This document shows, in pieces, positions 54,101 to 64,000 of a stretch of DNA of 64,000 nucleotides. The stretch's first letter is position 1. Each line of letters begins with the position of its first letter. Below the pieces are notes generated by a model. The model searched no databases, was not told the DNA's origin, and saw nothing but the letters and a program-made list of their open reading frames with translations. A program made the translations under genes and the position numbers. This DNA comes from Eledone cirrhosa (taxonomy: Eukaryota): positions 23,126,001 to 23,190,000 of the forward strand of contig OZ024744.1 in NCBI GenBank assembly GCA_964016885.1, given 5' to 3'.

Positions 54101-57100
54101 TAAAACGAGTCAGTTCTTAACATTCAACTGTTGTTAAAACGAGTTTTATTTGAAGATTCAACTGATGTTAAAACGAGTCAGTTCTTAAGATTGAACTGTT
54201 GATAAAACGAGACAGTTCTTAAGATTCAACTGTTGTTAAAACGAGTTTTATCTTAAGATTCAGCTGTTGTTAAAACGAGTAAGTTCTTAAGATTCAACTG
54301 TTGTTAAAACGAGTTTTATCTTAAGATTCAACTGTTGTTAAAACGAGTTTATCTTAAGATTCAGCTGTTGTTAACACGAATCAGTTCTTAAGATTCAACT
54401 GTTGTTAAAACGAGTTTTATTTGAAGATTCAACTGTTGTTAAAATGAGTCAGTTCTTAAGGTTGAACTGCTGATAAAGCGAGTCAGTTGTTAAGATTCAA
54501 CTGTTGTTAAAACGAGTTTTATCTTAAGATTCAACTATTGTTAAAACGAGTTTTATTTGAAGATTCAACTGTTGTTAAAATGAGTCAGTCCTTAAGGTTG
54601 AACTGTTGATAAAACGAGTCAGTTCTTAAGAGTCAACTGTTGTTAAAACGAGTTTTATCTTAAGATTCAGCTGTTGTTAAAACGAGTCAGTTCTTAAGAT
54701 TCAACTGTTGTTAAAACGAGTTTTATCTTAAGATTCAACTGTTATTAAAACGAGTCAGTTCTTAAGATTCAACTGTTGTTAAAACGAGTTTTATCTTAAG
54801 ATTCAACTGTTGTTAAAACGAGTTTATCTTAAGATTCAGTTGTTGTTAAAACGAATCAGTTCTTAAGATTCAACTGTTGTTAAAACGAGTTTTATTTGAA
54901 GATTCAACTGTTGTTAAAATGAGTCAGTTCTTAAGGTTGAACTGTTGATAAAACGAGTCAGTTCTTAAGATTCAACTGTTGTAAAACGAGTTTTATCTTA
55001 AGATTCAGCTGTTGTTAAAACGAGTCAGTTCTTAAGATTCAACTGTTGTTAAAACCAGTTTTATCTTAAGATTCAACTGTTGTTAAAACGAGTTTTATCT
55101 TAAGATTCAACTGTTGTAAAACGAATCAGTTGTAATGATTCAACTGTTGTTAAAACGAGTTTTATCTTAAGATTCAGCTGTTGTTAAAACGAGTCAGTTC
55201 TTAAGATTCAGCTGTTGTTAAAACGAATCAGTTCTTAAGATTCAACTGTTGTTAAAACGAGTTTTATCTTAAGATTTAGCTGTTGTTAAAACGAGTCAGT
55301 TATTAAGATTCAACTGTTGTTAAAACGAGTTTATCTTAAAATTCAGCTGTTGTTAAAACGAGTCAGTTCTTAAGATTCAACTGTTGTTAAAACGAGTTTT
55401 ATCTTAAGATTCAACTGTTGTTAAAACGAGTTTATCTTAAGATTCAGCTGTTGTTAAAACGAGTCAGTTCTTAAGGTTGAACTGTTGATAAAACAAGTCA
55501 GTTCTTACGATTCAACTGTTGTTAAAACGAGTTTTATCTTAAGATTCATCTGTTGTTAAAACGAGTCAGTTCTTAAGATTGAACTGTTGATAAAACGAGA
55601 CAGTTCTTAAGATTCAACTGTTGTTAAAACGAGTTTTATCTTAAGATTCAGCTGTTGTTAAAACGAGTAAGTTCTTAAGATTCAACTGTTGTTAAAATGA
55701 GTCAGTTCTTAAGGTTGAACTGTTGATAAAACGAGTCAGTTCTTAAGATTCAACTGTTGTTAAAACGAGTTTTATCTTAAGATTCAACTGTTGTTTAAAC
55801 GAGTTTTATGTTAAGATTCAACTGTTGTTAAACGAATCAGTTGTAATGATTCAACTGTTGTTAAAACGAGTTTTATTTGAATCAGTTCTTAAGATTCAAC
55901 TGTCGTTAAAACGAGTTTTATTCGAAGATTCAACTGTTGCTAAAATGAGTCAATTCTTAAGGTTGAACTGTTGATAAAACGAGTCAGTTCTTAAGATTCA
56001 ACTGTTGTTAACACGAGTTTTATCTTAAGATTCAACTGTTGTTAAAACGAGTCAGTTCTTAAGATTCAACTGCTGTTAAAACGAGTTTTATCTTAAGTTT
56101 CAACTGTTGTTAAAACGAGTCAGTTCTTAAGATTCAACTGTTGTTAAAACGAGTTTTATCTTAAGATTCAACTGTTGTTAAAACGAGACAGTTCTTAAGA
56201 TTCAACTGTTGTTAAAACGAGTCAGTTCTTAAGATTCAACTGTTGTTAAAACGAGTTTTATTTGAAGATTGAACTGTTGTTAAAACGAGTCAGTTCTTAT
56301 GGTTGAACTGTTGTTAAAACGAATCAGTTCTTAAGATTCAACTGTTGTTAAAACGAGTTTTATCTTAAGATTCAACTGTTGTTAAAATGAGTTAGTTCTT
56401 AAGATTCAACTGTTGTTAAAACGAGTTTTATCTTAAGATTCAACTATTGTTAAAACGAGTCAGTTCTTAAGATTCAACTGTTGTTAAAACGAGATTTATT
56501 TGAAGATTCAACTGTTGTTAAAACGGGTCAGTTCTTAAGGTTGAACTGTTGTTAAAACGAGTCAGTTCTTAAGATTCAACTGTTGTTAAAACGAGTTTTA
56601 TCTAAAGATTCAGCTGTTGTTAAAATGAGTCAGTTCTTAAGATTCAACTGTTGTTAAAACGAGTTTTATCATACGATTCAACTGTTGTTAAAACGAGTCA
56701 GTTCTTAACATTCAACTGTTGTTAAAACGAGTTTTATTTGAAGATTCAACTCTTGTTAAAACGAGTCAGTTCTTAAGATTGAACTGTTGATAAAACGAGA
56801 CAGTTCTTAAGATTCAACTGTTGTTAAAACGAGTTTTATCTTAAGATTCAGCTGTTGTTAAAACGAGTAAGTTCTTAAGATTCAACTGTTGTTAAAACGA
56901 GTTTTATCTTAAGATTCAACTGTTGTTAAAACGAGTTTATCTTAAGATTCAGCTGTTGTTAACACGAATCAGTTCTTAAGATTCAACTGTTGTTAAAACG
57001 AGTTTTATTTGAAGATTCAACTGTTGTTAAAATGAGTCAGTTCTTAAGGTTGAACTGCTGATAAAGCGAGTCAGTTGTTAAGATTCAACTGTTGTTAAAA

Positions 57101-60100
57101 CGAGTTTTATCTTAAGATTCAACTATTGTTAAAACGAGTTTTATTTGAAGATTCAACTGTTGTTAAAATGAGTCAGTCCTTAAGGTTGAACTGTTGATAA
57201 AACGAGTCAGTTCTTAAGAGTCAACTGTTGTTAAAACGAGTTTTATCTTAAGATTCAGCTGTTGTTAAAACGAGTCAGTTCTTAAGATTCAACTGTTGTT
57301 AAAACGAGTTTTATCTTAAGATTCAACTGTTATTAAAACGAGTCAGTTCTTAAGATTCAACTGTTGTTAAAACGAGTTTTATCTTAAGATTCAACTGTTG
57401 TTAAAACGAGTTTATCTTAAGATTCAGTTGTTGTTAAAACGAATCAGTTCTTAAGATTCAACTGTTGTTAAAACGAGTTTTATTTGAAGATTCAACTGTT
57501 GTTAAAATGAGTCAGTTCTTAAGGTTGAACTGTGGATAAAACGAGTCAGTTCTTAAGATTCAACTGTTGTAAAACGAGTTTTATCTTAAGATTCAGCTGT
57601 TGTTAAAACGAGTCAGTTCTTAAGATTCAACTGTTGTTAAAACCAGTTTTATCTTAAGATTCAACTGTTATTAAAACGAGTCAGTTCTTAAGATTCAACT
57701 GTTGTTAAAACGAGTTTTATCTTAAGATTCAACTGTTGTTAAAACGAGTTTTATCTTAAGATTCAACTGTTGTAAAACGAATCAGTTGTAATGATTCAAC
57801 TGTTGTTAAAACGAGTTTTATCTTAAGATTCAGCTGTTGTTAAAACGAGTCAGTTCTTAAGATTCAGCTGTTGTTAAAACGAATCAGTTCTTAAGATTCA
57901 ACTGTTGTTAAAACGAGTTTTATCTTAAGATTTAGCTGTTGTTAAAACGAGTCAGTTATTAAGATTCAACTGTTGTTAAAACGAGTTTATCTTAAAATTC
58001 AGCTGTTGTTAAAACGAGTCAGTTCTTAAGATTCAACTGTTGTTAAAACGAGTTTTATCTTAAGATTCAACTGTTGTTAAAACGAGTTTATCTTAAGATT
58101 CAGCTGTTGTTAAAACGAGTCAGTTCTTAAGGTTGAACTGTTGATAAAACAAGTCAGTTCTTACGATTCAACTGTTGTTAAAACGAGTTTTATCTTAAGA
58201 TTCATCTGTTGTTAAAACGAGTGAGTTCTTAAGATTGAACTGTTGATAAAACGAGACAGTTCTTAAGATTCAACTGTTGTTAAAACGAGTAAGTTCTTAA
58301 GATTCAACTGTTGTTAAAACGAGTTTTATCTTAAGATTCAACTGTTGTTAAAACGAGTTTATCTTAAGATTCAGCTGTTGTTAACACGAATCAGTTCTTA
58401 AGATTCAACTGTTGTTAAAACGAGTTTTATTTGAAGATTCAACTGTTGTTAAAACGAGTCAGTTCTTAAGATTCAACTGTTGTTAAAACGAGTTTTATTT
58501 GAAGATTGAACTGTTGTTAAAACGAGTCAGTTCTTATGGTTGAACTGTTGTTAAAACGAATCAGTTCTTAAGATTCAACTGTTGTTAAAACGAGTTTTAT
58601 CTTAAGATTCAACTGTTGTTAAAATGAGTTAGTTCTTAAGATTCAACTGTTGTTAAAACGAGTTTTATCTTAAGATTCAACTATTGTTAAAACGAGTCAG
58701 TTCTTAAGATTCAACTGTTGTTAAAACGAGATTTATTTGAAGATTCAACTGTTGTTAAAACGGGTCAGTTCTTAAGGTTGAACTGTTGTTAAAACGAGTC
58801 AGTTCTTAAGATTCAACTGTTGTTAAAACGAGTTTTATCTAAAGATTCAGCTGTTGTTAAAATGAGTCAGTTCTTAAGATTCAACTGTTGTTAAAACGAG
58901 TCAGTTCTTAACATTCAACTGTTGTTAAAACGAGTTTTATTTGAAGATTCAACTCTTGTTAAAACGAGTCAGTTCTTAAGATTGAACTGTTGATAAAACG
59001 AGACAGTTCTTAAGATTCAACTGTTGTTAAAACGAGTTTTATCTTAAGATTCAGCTGTTGTTAAAACGAGTAAGTTCTTAAGATTCAACTGTTGTTAAAA
59101 CGAGTTTTATCTTAAGATTCAACTGTTGTTAAAACGAGTTTATCTTAAGATTCAGCTGTTGTTAACACGAATCAGTTCTTAAGATTCAACTGTTGTTAAA
59201 ACGAGTTTTATTTGAAGATTCAACTGTTGTTAAAATGAGTCAGTTCTTAAGGTTGAACTGCTGATAAAGCGAGTCAGTTGTTAAGATTCAACTGTTGTTA
59301 AAACGAGTTTTATCTTAAGATTCAACTATTGTTAAAACGAGTTTTATTTGAAGATTCAACTGTTGTTAAAATGAGTCAGTCCTTAAGGTTGAACTGTTGA
59401 TAAAACGAGTCAGTTCTTAAGAGTCAACTGTTGTTAAAACGAGTTTTATCTTAAGATTCAGCTGTTGTTAAAACGAGTCAGTTCTTAAGATTCAACTGTT
59501 GTTAAAACGAGTTTTATCTTAAGATTCAACTGTTATTAAAACGAGTCAGTTCTTAAGATTCAACTGTTGTTAAAACGAGTTTTATCTTAAGATTCAACTG
59601 TTGTTAAAACGAGTTTATCTTAAGATTCAGTTGTTGTTAAAACGAATCAGTTCTTAAGATTCAACTGTTGTTAAAACGAGTTTTATTTGAAGATTCAACT
59701 GTTGTTAAAATGAGTCAGTTCTTAAGGTTGAACTGTTGATAAAACGAGTCAGTTCTTAAGATTCAACTGTTGTAAAACGAGTTTTATCTTAAGATTCAGC
59801 TGTTGTTAAAACGAGTCAGTTCTTAAGATTCAACTGTTGTTAAAACCAGTTTTATCTTAAGATTCAACTGTTATTAAAACGAGTCAGTTCTTAAGATTCA
59901 ACTGTTGTTAAAACGAGTTTTATCTTAAGATTCAACTGTTGTTAAAACGAGTTTTATCTTAAGATTCAACTGTTGTAAAACGAATCAGTTGTAATGATTC
60001 AACTGTTGTTAAAACGAGTTTTATCTTAAGATTCAGCTGTTGTTAAAACGAGTCAGTTCTTAAGATTCAGCTGTTGTTAAAACGAATCAGTTCTTAAGAT

Positions 60101-63100
60101 TCAACTGTTGTTAAAACGAGTTTTATCTTAAGATTTAGCTGTTGTTAAAACGAGTCAGTTATGAAGATTCAACTGTTGTTAAAACGAGTTTATCTTAAAA
60201 TTCAGCTGTTGTTAAAACGAGTCAGTTCTTAAGATTCAACTGTTGTTAAAACGAGTTTTATCTTAAGATTCAACTGTTGTTAAAACGAGTTTATCTTAAG
60301 ATTCAGCTGTTGTTAAAACGAGTCAGTTCTTAAGGTTGAACTGTTGATAAAACAAGTCAGTTCTTACGATTCAACTGTTGTTAAAACGAGTTTTATCTTA
60401 AGATTCATCTGTTGTTAAAACGAGTCAGTTCTTAAGATTGAACTGTTGATAAAACGAGACAGTTCTTAAGATTCAACTGTTGTTAAAACGAGTTTTATCT
60501 TAAGATTCAGCTGTTGTTAAAACGAGTAAGTTCTTAAGATTCAACTGTTGTTAAAACGAGTTTTATCTTAAGATTCAACTGTTGTTAAAACGAGTTTATC
60601 TTAAGATTCAGCTGTTGTTAACACGAATCAGTTCTTAAGATTCAACTGTTGTTAAAACGAGTTTTATTTGAAGATTCAACTGTTGTTAAAATGAGTCAGT
60701 TCTTAAGGTTGAACTGCTGATAAAGCGAGTCAGTTGTTAAGATTCAACTGTTGTTAAAACGAGTTTTATCTTAAGATTCAACTATTGTTAAAACGAGTTT
60801 TATTTGAAGATTCAACTGTTGTTAAAATGAGTCAGTCCTTAAGGTTGAACTGTTGATAAAACGAGTCAGTTCTTAAGAGTCAACTGTTGTTAAAACGAGT
60901 TTTATCTTAAGATTCAGCTGTTGTTAAAACGAGTCAGTTCTTAAGATTCAACTGTTGTTAAAACGAGTTTTATCTTAAGATTCAACTGTTATTAAAACGA
61001 GTCAGTTCTTAAGATTCAACTGTTGTTAAAACGAGTTTTATCTTAAGATTCAACTGTTGTTAAAACGAGTTTATCTTAAGATTCAGTTGTTGTTAAAACG
61101 AATCAGTTCTTAAGATTCAACTGTTGTTAAAACGAGTTTTATTTGAAGATTCAACTGTTGTTAAAATGAGTCAGTTCTTAAGGTTGAACTGTTGATAAAA
61201 CGAGTCAGTTCTTAAGATTCAACTGTTGTAAAACGAGTTTTATCTTAAGATTCAGCTGTTGTTAAAACGAGTCAGTTCTTAAGATTCAACTGTTGTTAAA
61301 ACCAGTTTTATCTTAAGATTCAACTGTTATTAAAACGAGTCAGTTCTTAAGATTCAACTATTGTTAAAACGAGTTTTATCTTAAGATTCAACTGTTGTTT
61401 AAACGAGTTTTATCTTAAGATTCAACTGTTGTTAAACGAATCAGTTGTAATGATTCAACTGTTGTTAAAACGAGTTTTATTTGAATCAGTTCTTAAGATT
61501 CAACTGTCGTTAAAACGAGTTTTATTCGAAGATTCAACTGTTGCTAAAACGAGTCAATTCTTAAGGTTGAACTGTTGATAAAACGAGTCAGTTCTTAAGA
61601 TTCAACTGTTGTTAACACGAGTTTTATCTTAAGATTCAACTGTTGTTAAAACGAGTCAGTTCTTAAGATTCAACTGCTGTTAAAACGAGTTTTATCTTAA
61701 GTTTCAACTGTTGTTAAAACAAGTCAGTTCTTAAGATTCAACTGTTGTTAAAACGAGTTATATCTTAAGATTCAACTGTTGTTAAAACGAGTCAGTTCTT
61801 AAGATTCAACTGTTGTTAAAACGAGTTTTATCTTAAGATTCAACTGTTGTTAAAACGAGACAGTTCTTAAGATTCAACTGTTGTTAAAACGAGTCAGTTC
61901 TTAAGATTCAACTGTTGTTAAAACGAGTTTTATTTGAAGATTGAACTGTTGTTAAAACGAGTCAGTTCTTATGGTTGAACTGTTGTTAAAACGAATCAGT
62001 TCTTAAGATTCAACTGTTGTTAAAACGAGTTTTATCTTAAGATTCAACTGTTGTTAAAATGAGTTAGTTCTTAAGATTCAACTGTTGTTAAAACGAGTTT
62101 TATCTTAAGATTCAACTGTTGTTAAAACGAGTCAGTTCTTAAGATTCAACTGTTGTTAAAACGAGTTTTATTTGAAGATTCAACTGTTGTTAAAACGGGT
62201 CAGTTCTTAAGGTTGAACTGTTGTTAAAACGAGTCAGTTCTTAAGATTCAACTGTTGTTAAAACGAGTTTTATCTAAAGATTCAGCTGTTGTTAAAATGA
62301 GTCAGTTCTTAAGATTCAACTGTTGTTAAAACGAGTTTTATCATACGATTCAACTGTTGTTAAAACGAGTCAGTTCTTAACATTCAACTGTTGTTAAAAC
62401 GAGTTTTATTTGAAGATTCAACTGTTGTTAAAACGAGTCAGTTCTTAAGATTGAACTGTTGATAAAACGAGACAGTTCTTAAGATTCAACTGTTGTTAAA
62501 ACGAGTTTTATCTTAAGATTCAGCTGTTGTTAAAACGAGTAAGTTCTTAAGATTCAACTGTTGTTAAAACGAGTTTTATCTTAAGATTCAACTGTTGTTA
62601 AAACGAGTTTATCTTAAGATTCAGCTGTTGTTAACACGAATCAGTTCTTAAGATTCAACTGTTGTTAAAACGAGTTTTATTTGAAGATTCAACTGTTGTT
62701 AAAATGAGTCAGTTCTTAAGGTTGAACTGCTGATAAAGCGAGTCAGTTGTTAAGATTCAACTGTTGTTAAAACGAGTTTTATCTTAAGATTCAACTATTG
62801 TTAAAACGAGTTTTATTTGAAGATTCAACTGTTGCTAAAATGAGTCAGTCCTTAAGGTTGAACTGTTGATAAAACGAGTCAGTTCTTAAGAGTCAACTGT
62901 TGTTAAAACGAGTTTTATCTTAAGATTCAGCTGTTGTTAAAACGAGTCAGTTCTTAAGATTCAACTGTTGTTAAAACGAGTTTTATCTTAAGATTCAACT
63001 GTTATTAAAACGAGTCAGTTCTTAAGATTCAACTGTTGTTAAAACGAGTTTTATCTTAAGATTCAACTGTTGTTAAAACGAGTTTATCTTAAGATTCAGT

Positions 63101-64000
63101 TGTTGTTAAAACGAATCAGTTCTTAAGATTCAACTGTTGTTAAAACGAGTTTTATTTGAAGATTCAACTGTTGTTAAAATGAGTCAGTTCTTAAGGTTGA
63201 ACTGTTGATAAAACGAGTCAGTTCTTAAGATTCAACTGTTGTAAAACGAGTTTTATCTTAAGATTCAGCTGTTGTTAAAACGAGTCAGTTCTTAAGATTC
63301 AACTGTTGTTAAAACCAGTTTTATCTTAAGATTCAACTGTTATTAAAACGAGTCAGTTCTTAAGATTCAACTGTTGTTAAAACGAGTTTTATCTTAAGAT
63401 TCAACTGTTGTTAAAACGAGTTTTATCTTAAGATTCAACTGTTGTAAAACGAATCAGTTGTAATGATTCAACTGTTGTTAAAACGAGTTTTATCTTAAGA
63501 TTCAGCTGTTGTTAAAACGAGTCAGTTCTTAAGATTCAGCTGTTGTTAAAACGAATCAGTTCTTAAGATTCAACTGTTGTTAAAACGAGTTTTATCTTAA
63601 GATTTAGCTGTTGTTAAAACGAGTCAGTTATTAAGATTCAACTGTTGTTAAAACGAGTTTATCTTAAAATTCAGCTGTTGTTAAAACGAGTCAGTTCTTA
63701 AGATTCAACTGTTGTTAAAACGAGTTTTATCTTAAGATTCAACTGTTGTTAAAACGAGTTTATCTTAAGATTCAGCTGTTGTTAAAACGAGTCAGTTCTT
63801 AAGGTTGAACTGTTGATAAAACAAGTCAGTTCTTACGATTCAACTGTTGTTAAAACGAGTTTTATCTTAAGATTCATCTGTTGTTAAAACGAGTCAGTTC
63901 TTAAGATTCAACTGTTGTTAAAACTAGTTTTATTTGAAGATTCAACTGTTGTTAAAATGAGTCAGTTCTTAAGGTTGAACTGTTGATAAAACGAGTTTTA
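42140..64000. repeat. Domain of a roughly 2.6-kb HOR family (2,656 and 2,588 bp units plus truncated or recombined derivatives); the core block is present 8 times
   Basis: TTAAGAGTCA at 43591, 46247, 52038, 54626, 57214, 59417, 60873, 62886 (spacings 2656, 5791, 2588, 2588, 2203, 1456, 2013), with co-occurring markers CTGCTGATAAAGCG, CAGTCCTTAAGG, AAAACCAG and GTTGTAATGATTC. Confidence 0.88.
47826..50550. repeat. Right copy of the 8.7-kb-offset block (copy of about 39108-41805), interrupting the 2.6-kb HOR domain
   Basis: Same ordered private variants as 39108-41805. It has one extra monomer near 49.5 kb, which changes the offset from 8718 to 8752. Confidence 0.88.

Larger units (their letters stand above)
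1..64000. repeat. Satellite DNA array, 34-bp monomer with two main types (A ending CAGTT, B ending TTTAT) that mostly alternate as a 68-bp dimer; both window edges fall inside the array
   Basis: Monomer starts at 4 (CTTAAGA), 38 (CTTAAGA) and 72 (variant TTGAAGA) give a 34-bp period. The consensus CTTAAGATTCAACTGTTGTTAAAACGAGT[CAGTT/TTTAT] continues in the same orientation to the end of the window with only substitutions, 1-bp indels and one recurrent truncated monomer. Confidence 0.99.

Noticed and set aside
956-57214. HOR lengths as multiples of about 850-900 bp (849, about 1800, about 2600, about 3450) or of a 170-bp nucleosome unit
   Set aside because: The fit is loose, 2140, 2203, 1456 and 2013 do not conform, and no consistent 5-monomer periodicity is visible.
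1-64000. CRISPR array (34-bp period, palindromic unit, GTTTTA and TTGAAG/TTGAAC motifs resembling repeat ends)
   Set aside because: There are no unique spacers. Units abut directly, the variable 5 bp has only two main states, and there is no leader or cas gene in the window.
1-64000. Repetitive protein-coding ORF on either strand
   Set aside because: Each monomer has TAA at positions 3 and 20 on the + strand and several TTA/TCA triplets (stops on the - strand). Because 34 is not a multiple of 3, all six frames close within about three monomers.
1-64000. A/B order as an information-bearing binary code or synthetic data-storage construct
   Set aside because: The order is explained by alternation, the 7-mer and block duplications that carry linked point mutations, as expected from natural satellite turnover.
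1-64000. Transposon insertion, inversion or telomeric repeat (TTAA every 17 bp is a piggyBac-type target)
   Set aside because: I saw no non-satellite sequence, terminal inverted repeats, strand switch or telomere-type G-rich repeat.
1-64000. Bacterial iterons, promoters or intrinsic terminators within the monomer
   Set aside because: There is no gene context, the stems are short and AT-rich, and a 64-kb gene-free array fits eukaryotic satellite DNA far better.

Overview
The whole 64-kb window is one uninterrupted, single-orientation, AT-rich (about 29% GC) satellite array of roughly 1,880 copies of a 34-bp monomer. The consensus is CTTAAGATTCAACTGTTGTTAAAACGAGT followed by CAGTT (type A) or TTTAT (type B). 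I found no genes, RNA genes, transposon insertions, inversions or CRISPR spacers, and the monomer places stop codons in all six frames within about 100 bp. The informative signal is a nested repeat hierarchy read from diagnostic variants: a degenerate 17-bp half-unit, the 34-bp monomer, a 68-bp A/B dimer, an older 7-mer (238 bp), young kb-scale higher-order repeats (HORs of 849, about 1,800, 2,140, about 2,600 and 3,432/3,465 bp) and 7.6-8.7 kb block duplications, arranged in domains with different variant sets. This resembles eukaryotic centromeric, pericentromeric or other heterochromatic satellite DNA, but I cannot name the organism or family, and centromere function is only an inference. 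I see no evidence of a new protein-based system. Offsets were measured by hand between marker variants, and block boundaries are approximate (about one monomer).
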